From a virus (Duplodnaviria; Caudoviricetes): 64,000 bases of DNA. The stretch is from positions 64,001 through 128,000 of the IMG/VR virus record IMGVR_UViG_3300014205_000170; one strand, 5' to 3'. Under the pieces are notes generated by a model. That model saw nothing but the letters and a program-made list of their open reading frames with translations. It made no database searches and was not told where the DNA came from. The stretch's first letter is position 1, and each line of letters starts with the position of its first letter. The position numbers and the translations under genes are program-made. Shown here piece by piece: positions 10,117 through 21,323 of the stretch.

Positions 10117-10767
10117 GTGCCGAAGGTAGTTCAATCTTTAAATAAACCAGGCAAGAAGACCAAAAAGCCTATAAAAAAGATTGATTATGATTTTTCTTCG
10201 AGAATAGTCATAACTGAAAAATCCAATAAACAACTTGAAAGAATTCTTTCTTCTTTAGATAATAGTCAATATACTACTGAGATAATCCCTTTAAACAACA
10301 ACGATATTGCTATTTATCAAACTTGTGAAAAATTATCCAAACAAATTTTTGGAAAAGCATCAAAAAAAATAGATGTTGTACGTTTAATGATTTTTGACAC
10401 ACATACATTTAAAAACATTGTTCTACAATATTCTTTGGAAAGATATTTTGAAATGCAACGTGACTGTCAATTTACAACCAGTTCTTCATGGAAAGATTTT
10501 ATTATGACTGGATTAATAGCTATACCAACACAAGCAAAACATTCTCTCATAAAATATGCTGTACAAAATAGACTTGATAGGTTAAAAAAAGAAATAGAAT
10601 TTAATTTTCCTTATTTTCTAATAACAAGAGCTTTAATTCTTCCGTCAGCAATTAAAATTGAAAACATATATAAAGACTTTAAAAGACAAGATTCACGCTT
10701 TATTAAAAAAGAAATTAATAATTTTTGTGATAAAGTAAAAGCATTTGAAATAGCAACACCACAATAA
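10117..10767 (+). CDS. Hypothetical protein with tag
   Basis: SRIVITEK. Confidence 0.65.
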   Translation: MPKVVQSLNKPGKKTKKPIKKIDYDFSSRIVITEKSNKQLERILSSLDNSQYTTEIIPLNNNDIAIYQTCEKLSKQIFGKASKKIDVVRLMIFDTHTFKNIVLQYSLERYFEMQRDCQFTTSSSWKDFIMTGLIAIPTQAKHSLIKYAVQNRLDRLKKEIEFNFPYFLITRALILPSAIKIENIYKDFKRQDSRFIKKEINNFCDKVKAFEIATPQ

Positions 10768-11217
10768 TGGACCCATTAAGAAAAGACATATACGAAGAAT
10801 TAGAATCTGCTTTTGACGTTGGAGGTCATAGAAATTTTGGTGGTTGTGTTGAAAACATTCTTGATGTGTTCGAAAAACACAACAACACTATTACGTTGGA
10901 GATTTTATTAAGGAAAACAGAAAACACAGTTATTCAATATGCGCGACCCAAATTAAGCATTAAACAAGTAGAAGATTTTTATTTAATGTTACAAGGGAAA
11001 GATATAGATTCTGATGGTTTTTCTTTAGGACATAAATTTAATTTAACTCCAAACAAAGCGTTTACTATTATTTGGTACTTACAAGAAATATTAAAAATTA
11101 TTCCTGACCGGTTTGAAAAGTGTGATGTTTGCAAAGAACTATATAATTCTTATAGTAGTGGACATTATTCAGAAAAAAAAGGAAAACATTATTGTGATTC
11201 TTGCGACACTTTTGAAG

Positions 11218-11466
11218 ATGAGTAATAATGAAACGCATATAGTAGATGAAAATTCTCTTAAAAGAATTGTGCTGTTTGAAAAAAGCAATTTATATGTTAA
11301 GATTTTTCCAATGCTTAAACGTTGGTATTATTTTCAACAAACAAATCAAGAAGTGGAATCCATAGATGAGTTTATTGCAATTAACAGAACGCTACAAGAA
11401 CATAATATAACGATTGAGGAGTTTTTAATAAGTAGAATACTATATAAATCGAAAGCTAAAACATGA
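11218..11466 (+). CDS. Hypothetical protein, N-terminal tag
   Basis: KRIVLFEK; ATG at 11218 preferred over TTG 11113. Confidence 0.65.
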   Translation: MSNNETHIVDENSLKRIVLFEKSNLYVKIFPMLKRWYYFQQTNQEVESIDEFIAINRTLQEHNITIEEFLISRILYKSKAKT

Positions 11467-12629
11467 AAAAAGCAGAAATAATAAAAAATGGCAATGTTAA
11501 TCTGAAGGGGATTGATTTAAAAGAAAAAGATAAGGTTTATGTTACAAACATCCCAGATATTGGAAATGTGTACGTTGGCGATAAAATCCCCGTTAAAACC
11601 TGGACTTGGATAAAAGTAATGGCTTATGTAGATGGTTATGTTATGGGTAGATATAAGGGTTGTATGGCTTTTGCGGACTCCCTAGAAGCATTCAAAAAAA
11701 GAGTTCAATCAGAAAAATAACCTATTGATAACAAGATAGTTGTAAAAGTAACAAAATGGGATTTTTTCCGTTCAATAATTTAGTGTTAACTATGGACTTA
11801 AAAGAGATTTTACAAGACCCTATCTGGATGAATCATAAAATCGGAGATACCTATTCTATGGTTAATGTAGGAGGTAAAAGTGATGGCAAGGTTTGGAAAA
11901 TAGCTTATTATCCTTTGTTTGGAACATATAAAGGTGAAGGAGATAATACGAAGTGGGTTGAATTTGATGAACCAAGAGCATTAGTAGAAACACCGCTGGA
12001 CAAAGGAACAGACTTCAGAGAAGTACCGTTAAGATATTTGAGTAAAAATGGAAAAAATTAAAATTACCGATACGATGTTGCAATTGGCCGGATTTCAAAA
12101 ATTTGAAACGGTTATTGTTAAAACACATAATTACATTAAAGGTGACTTTAAAATGAATACTGCATTGCCTTTAATCTTTTTTTATAAAGAAGAAAATTTG
12201 GGAAAAATTGAATACATGGATGAACTTTTAAAAATTTATCTTGATAAGACTGGAGAACCATTAGAATTTAAATACATACCTATCGATAAAGAAAAAAAAC
12301 AAACACTTATAGCTTGGTATGAGGCCCACAAACAAACAAGCACAAATAGCAGTTTATTATTGTTGAACCATACAAAATTTTCAGATTTATGTGCTTCTCG
12401 CATGAATGTTTCTCAAATAGCAGACAATATGTTATATGCTATTTCTCTTGAAGATGAAGATAATCCAAAAGAATTAACAAGACATTTAAAGGCAAATCAA
12501 GATAAAAGTTGTTGTTCTCATATTTCTATTTTAAAAGATAAACATCCAGAGTGTATTGAAAAATCTAATGAATGGTTTGAATCTCAAAAAAATCTGTTAC
12601 AACACATTCAAAAATACTTGCTTAAATAA

Positions 12630-12995
12630 ATGATAGATATTTTAAATAATAAAAGACAAGTATTGGTTGAAAAGCATAATTTTCAGTTTTTAGCCTGTTA
12701 CATCAACAATTGGAAAAACACAATAGTGCGAAATCAATTTTATGAAGCAGCTGCTATATTAAGAGAGTGTGCAAAATTATTAGAAATGGACTTTGAATCG
12801 AAAGGAAATAAGTTCAGTTGTGCTGATACAGATTTTTGGTTTCAAGTAATTACAAAATACATGGAGCCAAGAATTTTAGAAAAAATAAAAGAGTCACAAA
12901 AAGATGAAAATAAAACTTTAAAATATGCTAAAAAGTTTGAAGCTTTGGTGAAAAAATTTAAAGAATTAGAAAGAGAAGAAAACAAACAAGAATAA
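12630..12995 (+). CDS. Tag plus UVR-like helix protein
   Basis: KRQVLVEK; IVRNQFYEAAAILRE resembles UvrB/UvrC motif. Confidence 0.6.
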   Translation: MIDILNNKRQVLVEKHNFQFLACYINNWKNTIVRNQFYEAAAILRECAKLLEMDFESKGNKFSCADTDFWFQVITKYMEPRILEKIKESQKDENKTLKYAKKFEALVKKFKELEREENKQE

Positions 12996-13001
12996 ATTAT
13001 A

Positions 13002-15656
13002 ATGGAAAAAGTAAGACAAGCAAAAAAATCTGAATTAGTAAAAGGCAGTTATGTACTAGTCGATTATAAAGGTGGTGGTATTGAAGCTGGTTTATTAAAT
13101 TATAATCCAAAAATTTATGGCATACAAGAAATAACATCTATTGATGAAAAAGGACACTATTGGCTTTCTTGTGGAAGTGGAATGACTCTCAAAGGGTTAA
13201 TGATACCAACTTCTGAAATGATTGAAGATTATGAAATTTTTATGCAATTTTGTGCTGTTGAGGAGAAAAAAAATCCTTCAGATTATAAAACTGCAGACGA
13301 ACAAGTTGACTATGTTACCAAAATCAGGAAAGCTGCAAGTAAAAAATTTCTTAAATTAAAAAGTTATCCTAACATTGAAAAAGAATGTAATAAGATTTTA
13401 GAGATAATGAAAGAAAACCAGGATTTCTTATGTAAAAAGGCTAACAGACCATTGTTGGCATATATAATGCTAAGATGGCAAAATTTATATTATGCTGGTC
13501 GTATTGTTTATGGTGAAGAAAAATATGGTTATCAATGTCAAAACAACCCGAAATATGAATTTGAGGGTATGGAAAACAACGAAACAAACGAAAGGTTTAT
13601 TTATGATGCATGGGGTGCTGGAATTGAAATGGAAAAAATGCTACCGGCAGAATTTCTAAAGAAGCATAAGCGTTCGCGCTCATCAAGTATGGAACAATTT
13701 AATGAAGCTGATTTTGACGAACTTTCTTCTTATTACAATCAGAATGATGAATTCACTAAGTTGTTATACAAAAAGAATAAAACCATGAATGATTGGTATT
13801 CTCTTCTTGGAAACAAAAATCATCGCTATCATTCTTTATATCAAACGAAACACTCCATTGATAATCACTTGCTATGTGTTATAGGAAATGGTTACAGCTG
13901 GAATAAAGATGGTTTTATTTCTAACAATGGTCCTTCTGGCGAAGATGAAGTGGATTTTGGGAAATTTCCAATGTTAAAAGGAAATTCTAAAGGTGAAGGT
14001 TTAAAAATTGAACAAAAAGTAAATAAAATTCTTACACAAAGTTTTGTGCAGGATTGTTTAAACAATGCTAAGAAAAAACATTTAGAGACAATAGCTCAAA
14101 ATACAAAAAAAGATTTATCTAGTTCTTTAGATTTAGGACATCATATGATTGACTTAGTGTTTGGTAAAAAAAGCAAATCAAAAACTTTTTTCAAACCACA
14201 TAAAATTATTGTAGAACTTGAAAATAAAACATTCAACACTTTCAAAAAGAAAAAAGAAATACAAAAACTTTCTAAACGATTCAATGAATTGCGTACAAAT
14301 TTATTGAAACGTATGCCAAAAAATTTAAATACTGTTGAACAAGGAAAGTGGCAATCTAAAAATTCTACTCCAGAATACAAAGAACTCACAACAAAGCTTT
14401 CTCAATTTTATAGTCAATTAACAAAATTGGTAAAAGAAAAATTTTCCACATTAAAACTTAGTGGCGAACAAATAAGAGACATTGAGGTTTTCAACAAGAA
14501 AGCTATGAGTGATTTTTTAAATTCCGCAGAATATAAAAAAATGTTTGGAGACAGAAAGAAAACCAAACAAGTAGATTCTGAGTCTGGTAACTACTATCCT
14601 TTGTCTAGGTATTCTGCAATGCTTAAAATGCCAAAAAATGTACATTCTTCTTATGTTAAAGCTGCAATAAATATTTGTTTAAACATAGTTAAATATTCTA
14701 AAGTAGAAGCAGAACAAAGCGAAGACAACAAAGAGAGAACGCTCGACAATATTGCAATAGCAAAAAAATTCTTGAGTGAAAATGGATATTCAGAATATAA
14801 AAAGGATTTACCAAAAACAGTAAACAAGTACTCTATTTTAAAACAAATACAAATACAATTTAAACCTATATTAAAACTTTATCCGGCAGCAAAAAAAACA
14901 AATGTATATGAACAAGAATTAAATAGTTCTAATCTCTATTTAAATGATACTAAAAAAAATGAATATGCTGATGATAATATTTATTGTAACATCAAAATAC
15001 CATCCTCAGATGTTGTTAATGGAATTTCAAATAATGTTGAGTTTTTAACAGGAACTAAAATATACACGCCAATTAAACAATTTTTAGAAAATTTAAAAAA
15101 CATCAAAGATATTAAAGCAATCTTTTTCTATGTTGATAATATAAAAAACAACAACAAAGAATCTTGTCAAATAACAATTGAAATAAAAATTACCGGCAAA
15201 CAATATCATTTCGATGATAACCTAAAGTGTGAAAAAGAATTTGTTGAGCAAGGATTTTTGCTTGGCCACCACACAATGGCGTTAGAATTAGAAGATTATT
15301 TCTTAACTACTCAAAAATCAATAACGCTTGGAAGTACACATCCACACAACATAGATGGTAAACAATATTTTAGTAATTCCCAATCTTTTGATGTATATGA
15401 TAAAAATTGGATTTTACTAGATTCTTATCGAATCGATGAACGTAAGTGTAATCTATTTTATGGCGGAAGCAAAAGCGAATTAACCACATGGTTAACAGAA
15501 CAACATGCAACTATGAAAGGTAGCGATAAAGATTATGGCACATATGATTCAACTAAAACAAATAATAATGGTAAAGACGGTAAGAAATGTCTTTACTCAC
15601 ACGATTTTATGTTGTGGTTAAAAGAACATCAACCAGTATCTCAAAAAAATGGATAG
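13002..15656 (+). CDS. Large hypothetical protein (884 aa)
   Basis: Long ORF; no family recognised. Confidence 0.8.
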   Translation: MEKVRQAKKSELVKGSYVLVDYKGGGIEAGLLNYNPKIYGIQEITSIDEKGHYWLSCGSGMTLKGLMIPTSEMIEDYEIFMQFCAVEEKKNPSDYKTADEQVDYVTKIRKAASKKFLKLKSYPNIEKECNKILEIMKENQDFLCKKANRPLLAYIMLRWQNLYYAGRIVYGEEKYGYQCQNNPKYEFEGMENNETNERFIYDAWGAGIEMEKMLPAEFLKKHKRSRSSSMEQFNEADFDELSSYYNQNDEFTKLLYKKNKTMNDWYSLLGNKNHRYHSLYQTKHSIDNHLLCVIGNGYSWNKDGFISNNGPSGEDEVDFGKFPMLKGNSKGEGLKIEQKVNKILTQSFVQDCLNNAKKKHLETIAQNTKKDLSSSLDLGHHMIDLVFGKKSKSKTFFKPHKIIVELENKTFNTFKKKKEIQKLSKRFNELRTNLLKRMPKNLNTVEQGKWQSKNSTPEYKELTTKLSQFYSQLTKLVKEKFSTLKLSGEQIRDIEVFNKKAMSDFLNSAEYKKMFGDRKKTKQVDSESGNYYPLSRYSAMLKMPKNVHSSYVKAAINICLNIVKYSKVEAEQSEDNKERTLDNIAIAKKFLSENGYSEYKKDLPKTVNKYSILKQIQIQFKPILKLYPAAKKTNVYEQELNSSNLYLNDTKKNEYADDNIYCNIKIPSSDVVNGISNNVEFLTGTKIYTPIKQFLENLKNIKDIKAIFFYVDNIKNNNKESCQITIEIKITGKQYHFDDNLKCEKEFVEQGFLLGHHTMALELEDYFLTTQKSITLGSTHPHNIDGKQYFSNSQSFDVYDKNWILLDSYRIDERKCNLFYGGSKSELTTWLTEQHATMKGSDKDYGTYDSTKTNNNGKDGKKCLYSHDFMLWLKEHQPVSQKNG

Positions 15657-15896
15657 AAGCAAACTTATTGATAGAGCAAGGGAGTTAGGTGATAATTTAA
15701 ACCCTAAGTCATTATATGGATTTTTGTTTAAACAAAATCAGACACAACTTGAAGCGCTTTTGTTTGAAATAGCTCAACAAGCTAACACGAATGAAATTAC
15801 AAAAAAAGGAATGATTAAAACAGTTGGTTCTGAAATAGTAGAAATTTCACTATATTTGTTTCCTAATTTAACATTGGAAGATAAATACGAATCATA

Positions 15897-16166
15897 ATGT
15901 CTTTTATATTACAACGACATATTTTTATAGAGAAATTTCCACATCCAGGATTAAAAAGTATTTTAGAAAACGAAAAGAAAGCTATTCTTGAACAAGATTA
16001 TGAAGCAGAGGCAACATATAGCGCTTTGGAAAGAAATTTTTACCGGCTCAAATTTGGATATGAAATTGCAAATGAACCAAAACCTTATAATATTTGTTGG
16101 GAGTTACAATCAATCTTAGAATTACTTAATAAAATTCAGAAAAAAATCAAATTTAGAAAAACATAA
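15897..16166 (+). CDS. Tag plus UVR-like protein, paralog of 16439..16717
   Basis: RHIFIEK; KAILEQDYEAEA. Confidence 0.6.
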   Translation: MSFILQRHIFIEKFPHPGLKSILENEKKAILEQDYEAEATYSALERNFYRLKFGYEIANEPKPYNICWELQSILELLNKIQKKIKFRKT

Positions 16167-16438
16167 CCATGGAAACAATAGCAATTAATGAAAAACTTAA
16201 ATGTTTAAATGACAAACCTTTAAAAGGTAATGATGTAGCGCCTCCCTTAAAAGAAGGTGAAAAATATTCAGCAAAAAATGTTATTAAATGTTCTTGTGGA
16301 AAAGAACACATTGATGTTGGCTTAGTGTCTGATTATAATTACATCACTTGTTATGATTGTAGTGAACAATTACCAGATGGAAATAAGATTCACTGGTGTC
16401 ATCCAAGTAGATTTGAAAAAGACACTGCATAATTAAAA

Positions 16439-16717
16439 ATGAGTACTACTGTTAAACGACAAGTGTTTGCCGAAAAATATCCACCTTTTGGTTTAAAACG
16501 CATTATAACACAGAAATTTGAAGCTGTTCGTTGTAAGAACTATGAATCTGCTGCAAAATACAGAGATGAAGAGGTTGATTATTATAAAAATAAATATGGC
16601 TACGACATAAGTCACACAACAGTAAGACCAAAGATTTCAATATGTGAACCTGAATTTATTGAAATGAGTCAGGAACTACAGGATTTTATTTTAAACCTTT
16701 TAAAAACAAACGAATAA
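16439..16717 (+). CDS. Tag plus UVR-like protein
   Basis: RQVFAEK; EAVRCKNYESAAKYRDEE. Confidence 0.7.
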   Translation: MSTTVKRQVFAEKYPPFGLKRIITQKFEAVRCKNYESAAKYRDEEVDYYKNKYGYDISHTTVRPKISICEPEFIEMSQELQDFILNLLKTNE

Positions 16718-17616
16718 TGAAAAAACTAAAACCAAATCTTTTTGATTTAACTCCGGCAGAAATAGAAACTTCCATTGCTATGTATGGTAAAGTAATTAAA
16801 TGCTTAATTGCTCCTTATCACAATATTACCAACATACCATTAGAGTCAAATGATGTGGTATATGTTTATCCGGAAAGGGATTTAACTATTCAACAAAGAA
16901 AGGAAATTGTTAGTGTGATGGCAAATTCTGACAAAACAGAAATTTGTTTTGTTACATCTGATGTTTTTATTATTCGCGACATGGTTGATTCTTGTACTCG
17001 CATTCTAACTCCAGATGGTGAATTGGCAGAAACTCCTGAAAAAACGTTTGCAGCCAATCATCATACAGTTTTACATAGTGTTTTATCAGATAAACATTAT
17101 GTAAAAAGAGCAAATGACGAAAAAGAAAAATCAATGAAAATTATTAATAAAGTTATTACAGATATAAATAAAGGTTCAATGACTAGGGCTGAATATGCAA
17201 AAACTAACACCATTATTGATAATATTGGAGAACAAATCATTAGTGGTAAATTAAAAGAAATGTTACGTGATGTAAATATCATCCAAGATGATTTCAAAAA
17301 AGACAGTTCCGGAGCAGTTGAATTTAACAAAGAAGAACTAAAATATTTAAAAGACCGTAGTTGGTTTAAAGAAAACTTATCAGTCAAAGAATGTTTAAAA
17401 CAACTTAGAGATACTACTCAGCAAGAAGAAAAAAAATTATCTTTGCTGGATGAATTGATTGGATTGTTATTAAAGACCCCCGAAGATAAAGAAGGTCTTA
17501 AAAAGCATAAAGAAGACAAGGAAACCCTTGAGGCTCAACTAAAACTAAGGCACAAGATAGAATATTGGCTTACAGAGCAAAAAGATAATGCAAAAATTCA
17601 AAATGTACTAAAGTAG
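16717..17616 (+). CDS. Degenerate ABC/AAA_21 (PtuA-like) ATPase C-terminal half plus coiled coil
   Basis: YPERDL, FVTSDVFII, TFAANHHTVL, IGEQIISGKL; no Walker A. Confidence 0.5.
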   Translation: MKKLKPNLFDLTPAEIETSIAMYGKVIKCLIAPYHNITNIPLESNDVVYVYPERDLTIQQRKEIVSVMANSDKTEICFVTSDVFIIRDMVDSCTRILTPDGELAETPEKTFAANHHTVLHSVLSDKHYVKRANDEKEKSMKIINKVITDINKGSMTRAEYAKTNTIIDNIGEQIISGKLKEMLRDVNIIQDDFKKDSSGAVEFNKEELKYLKDRSWFKENLSVKECLKQLRDTTQQEEKKLSLLDELIGLLLKTPEDKEGLKKHKEDKETLEAQLKLRHKIEYWLTEQKDNAKIQNVLK

Positions 17617-17625
17617 GAACACTAT

Positions 17626-18237
17626 ATGAAAATATCAAAAGGAGCAAAACAATTCTTAAATTACGCAAAAAAAGAATGTGATAAAAATGGCATTGACCTT
17701 GTAGTTTATGATGGTAAAGAAATACCAAACTTAAGATGTTTAGGTTTCTTTAGTGAGTATGAAATGCAATTGGGTGTTGCTATGGGTGTTCCGGAAAACA
17801 ATTGGGTTTCCACTTTAGCTCACGAATTGTGTCATACAAAGCAATTTCTAGAAAACACAAAAGTTTGGAGAAATATTAAAATTGGCAACTATGATAAGGG
17901 CGAAATGTTTGATATGTGGATTGAGAAAAAGGTTGAACTTACCGAAATTCAGCGCAAAAAATACGTTAAAGCAATTATAGACCTTGAATATGATTGTGAA
18001 AAACGCACTGTGCAGCTCATAAAGCGTTTAAAACTTCCTGTTGATACCAAGGCTTATATAAGAGGTGCTGTCTCTTATCTTTGGTCTTATAAGGTTATGA
18101 GCGAAGTTCGTAAAGAACCCAAGGTATTCACCTATGAAATACCTCAATTATTAAAACAAATGCCTACTCAATTTCCAAAAAACCCTCACATTTTAACAAA
18201 AAAGACATTTGATATTTTAAAACAATACATGTATTAA
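17626..18237 (+). CDS. HExxH zinc metallopeptidase-like protein
   Basis: TLAHELCH with downstream E (LEYDCE). Confidence 0.65.
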   Translation: MKISKGAKQFLNYAKKECDKNGIDLVVYDGKEIPNLRCLGFFSEYEMQLGVAMGVPENNWVSTLAHELCHTKQFLENTKVWRNIKIGNYDKGEMFDMWIEKKVELTEIQRKKYVKAIIDLEYDCEKRTVQLIKRLKLPVDTKAYIRGAVSYLWSYKVMSEVRKEPKVFTYEIPQLLKQMPTQFPKNPHILTKKTFDILKQYMY

Positions 18238-18241
18238 GCCG

Positions 18242-18631
18242 ATGTTTAAAAAATTTAACATATCTTTTTTTAACAATAAAACCACTGTAAAGGTTAAAAC
18301 TTTTTTACACTTAATGCCAAAAGTAGAAAAGGCTCAAACCATACATGTTATAAGAACAAATAAAGCTGTTTACTATATATACAACATTGACTATTTACCT
18401 GGAACTAACGTAAATATTTGGATTGAGAGAAATGGAATTCCGATTTTAAGAGAAGAAATCATTGAAGAATCATGGGGTACTTTAGGAGGAGATTCTTTTA
18501 CTTCTTTTGTAATGAGTTGTTTGAACGAAACCAGATGGTATATTGGAAAATCCTACGAACATATTTTAGAGGACAGAAGAATATATGAACTTGACTATGT
18601 GGTATTAACTGAAAAATACCTACTTTTGTAA
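18242..18631 (+). CDS. Hypothetical protein, C-terminal tag variant
   Basis: YVVLTEK. Confidence 0.6.
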   Translation: MFKKFNISFFNNKTTVKVKTFLHLMPKVEKAQTIHVIRTNKAVYYIYNIDYLPGTNVNIWIERNGIPILREEIIEESWGTLGGDSFTSFVMSCLNETRWYIGKSYEHILEDRRIYELDYVVLTEKYLLL

Positions 18632-18655
18632 CAATTATAATAACAAAACGTTTAA
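18627..18655 (+). promoter_or_regulatory. ECF-sigma-like promoter
   Basis: TGTAAC-N16-CGTTTAA upstream of 18666 and MetRS. Confidence 0.75.
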
Positions 18656-18897
18656 TTTAAACCTCATGAAAACTAAAAAAAGCAAGGAGCTTATTGATAT
18701 TGAAAAAGAAATCAATATTAAACAAAATGAGTTAGATGATATTATTGTTGAATTCAACCGGAACAACACTGAAGATGGTGAACTTTTAATAAAAAAATAT
18801 CGTGGGGAAATCAAAAAGTTAAACATCAAGAAATATGAAATTGAACAGAAAGACAATACTACTTACGACTTAGTTCAAGTTTAACACATTTCCAAGT

Positions 18898-20352
18898 ATG
18901 ACGCTAAATAAAAAGATATTTATAACAACAACATTGCCCTATGTGAATTCTATTCCGCACATTGGACATTCTCTTGAATTTATACAAGCAGATACTTTAA
19001 AGCGTTATCATAAAAGCATTTTAAATAGTGATGTTATTCTAAATGTTGGTTTGGATGAACATGGTTTAAAAGTTTTTACTAAAGCAAAGGAATTGGAAAA
19101 AACACCACAAGAATATTGTGATGAGCAAAGTAAAAATTGGATAGAATTCTGTGAAAAATTTAAAATTACTTACGATATATTTTATAGAACATCTTCTGAG
19201 GAACACAAAGTAAAAGTTCATACATTTTGGAATGAATGTTTAAATCGTGGTGATTTATATAAAAGAGAATATTCAGGGAAATATTGTGTAGGGTGTGAAT
19301 CTTTCAAAACCGATTCAGACCTTATCAACGGACGTTGCCCTGACCACAATGTAGAACCGGTTTATACAGCAGAAGAGAATTGGTTTTTTCGCATATCAAA
19401 ATACACAGAACATTTAACTCAATGGATTGAAAAAGAAGGAAAAAACTTTTTGACTCCACACTTGAAATTAAATGAATTAAAAAACATCATTGAAGGTGGT
19501 GTTGATATTTCAGTTTCAAGAAATAAAGATAATGTGCCTTGGGGTATACCAGTACCAAATGATAACACTCAAGTAATTTACGTATGGTTTGAAGCTTTGT
19601 GCAATTATTTGTTTGCATCTAATTATCTTGCTGGTGATGATGAAAATTATTGGAATGGTACAACTATTCAATTGTGTGGTCCGGACAATACTCGTTTTCA
19701 AGGTCACATTTTTCAAACACTTATTGCTTCTGCTCAAATAAAGCATACCACAAAACTTTTAGTTCATGGTACCATTTTAGATACCAATGGAAAAAAAATG
19801 TCAAAAACTTTAGGAAACGTTGTTGACCCAATAGAACAATTGAATAAATATGGACTGGATGCAGTTCGTTATTATACAATCAAAGGCATACATACTTGTT
19901 TAAATCACAATTGGAGTGAGCGCGAACTTGTAGATTTATACAATTCAGAACTGGCTGATGATTATGGGAATTTAATTGCAAGGACTTTACATTTAGTTGA
20001 TATAAAACGTTGTCCAATTGATGCGAGGTATGTAGAACCAAGTTTTAAAGAGGACATTGACAACAGATTGAGTGAAGTTAAAAACGAATGGCACAACCTC
20101 AACATAAACAAAGCCATTGAACTTACAATTTCTACTTTAAAATTTGGAAACAAATATTTAAACAATGCTCAGCCTTGGAATGAACCACATCTGTATACTC
20201 TTAATAATCTTTTTTATTTGTTGGAACAATGCACAAATTATTTAGAGCCGGTTATTCCGGATGGATGTGCATTAGCTCGTAAGTCTTTAAAAAACAAGAA
20301 AAAAGCAATAGTTTTTCCTAAAATAGTTGAAGAGTTAAAAGTTAATGTTTGA
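18898..20352 (+). CDS. metG: Methionyl-tRNA synthetase (no C-terminal OB domain)
   Basis: TTLPYVN, PHIGH, GLDEHG, YCVGCE, YVWFEAL, KMSKT. Confidence 0.95.
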   Translation: MTLNKKIFITTTLPYVNSIPHIGHSLEFIQADTLKRYHKSILNSDVILNVGLDEHGLKVFTKAKELEKTPQEYCDEQSKNWIEFCEKFKITYDIFYRTSSEEHKVKVHTFWNECLNRGDLYKREYSGKYCVGCESFKTDSDLINGRCPDHNVEPVYTAEENWFFRISKYTEHLTQWIEKEGKNFLTPHLKLNELKNIIEGGVDISVSRNKDNVPWGIPVPNDNTQVIYVWFEALCNYLFASNYLAGDDENYWNGTTIQLCGPDNTRFQGHIFQTLIASAQIKHTTKLLVHGTILDTNGKKMSKTLGNVVDPIEQLNKYGLDAVRYYTIKGIHTCLNHNWSERELVDLYNSELADDYGNLIARTLHLVDIKRCPIDARYVEPSFKEDIDNRLSEVKNEWHNLNINKAIELTISTLKFGNKYLNNAQPWNEPHLYTLNNLFYLLEQCTNYLEPVIPDGCALARKSLKNKKKAIVFPKIVEELKVNV

Positions 20353-21049
20353 TAATTCATCTACAATAACAGATTCCACTAGAATGGTTTTGTTTGAAAA
20401 ATTTCATCCATTCATATCCACGATTTTAAAAAGCTTAGATTGTCCTTTAATGAATATGGAATTGTTTTTTTATAAAAATGATTTTATAGTTTATCAAGAA
20501 TCTCCTTATGCTGGAGAAAAGATATATGGTATCGATATGGTTTTGGTAAGAATTTTATATTTTGATATGTCTCGATTAAAATGGTTAGAAAATGAAGCCA
20601 CTTTTCCTGGAATAATATCAAGAAGCAATTGGCATTGGTTAGCAATGAATTATGCAGACCATTACATTGGAGAAAGAGGTGGTTACATTACAACTACCGG
20701 TTTATTATTTATTCATAAATCTTGTAAAAGTGAACTAATAAATGCTTTAATAAGTTTTAAAAAATATATAACTCATTACGGTACCACATTTAAAAGCATG
20801 AAAGATGTACTTATTTCAAGCCATTTACCCGTAAGAAAATGCAAAACACTTTATCATTTAAATAATAAAGAAGATAAAAATTTTATTTACAAAGTGGCGG
20901 ATGATGAACAATATAGATTTAATCAAACAAAAATAGAAGATTTTAAACGAGATGTTTTTAAATGGCAAGATGGTAAAAAAAATGTTATGATTGATTATGT
21001 GAATTTTGACCAGAAATCAAAATCTTTCACCAGAGGAATGTATGCTTAA
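20345..21049 (+). CDS. Hypothetical protein, N-terminal tag
   Basis: TRMVLFEK. Confidence 0.7.
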   Translation: MFDNSSTITDSTRMVLFEKFHPFISTILKSLDCPLMNMELFFYKNDFIVYQESPYAGEKIYGIDMVLVRILYFDMSRLKWLENEATFPGIISRSNWHWLAMNYADHYIGERGGYITTTGLLFIHKSCKSELINALISFKKYITHYGTTFKSMKDVLISSHLPVRKCKTLYHLNNKEDKNFIYKVADDEQYRFNQTKIEDFKRDVFKWQDGKKNVMIDYVNFDQKSKSFTRGMYA

Positions 21050-21323
21050 ATTTATAAAAAAAATATTTTCTTTTAGTTGGATTAAGAAACTCAATAAAAC
21101 TATCATTGAAATACGACACATTGATAATAATGGAAGAAAATTATTGGCAACATTAGAGGCAATAGATAATATAGAGACTAGAGGCGTTTTAATTGAAAAA
21201 TGTAATTTCACAACTCCACTTCCTCCACACAATACCATATTAAGCTCTCAAGCTATTTTTACTTTTATTTTTAAAACTATTCCGGTTCATAATTACGTTT
21301 TAGGTCAACAAAAAAATGAATAA
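21042..21323 (+). CDS. Hypothetical protein with tag
   Basis: TRGVLIEK; ATG at 21042. Confidence 0.6.
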   Translation: MLKFIKKIFSFSWIKKLNKTIIEIRHIDNNGRKLLATLEAIDNIETRGVLIEKCNFTTPLPPHNTILSSQAIFTFIFKTIPVHNYVLGQQKNE

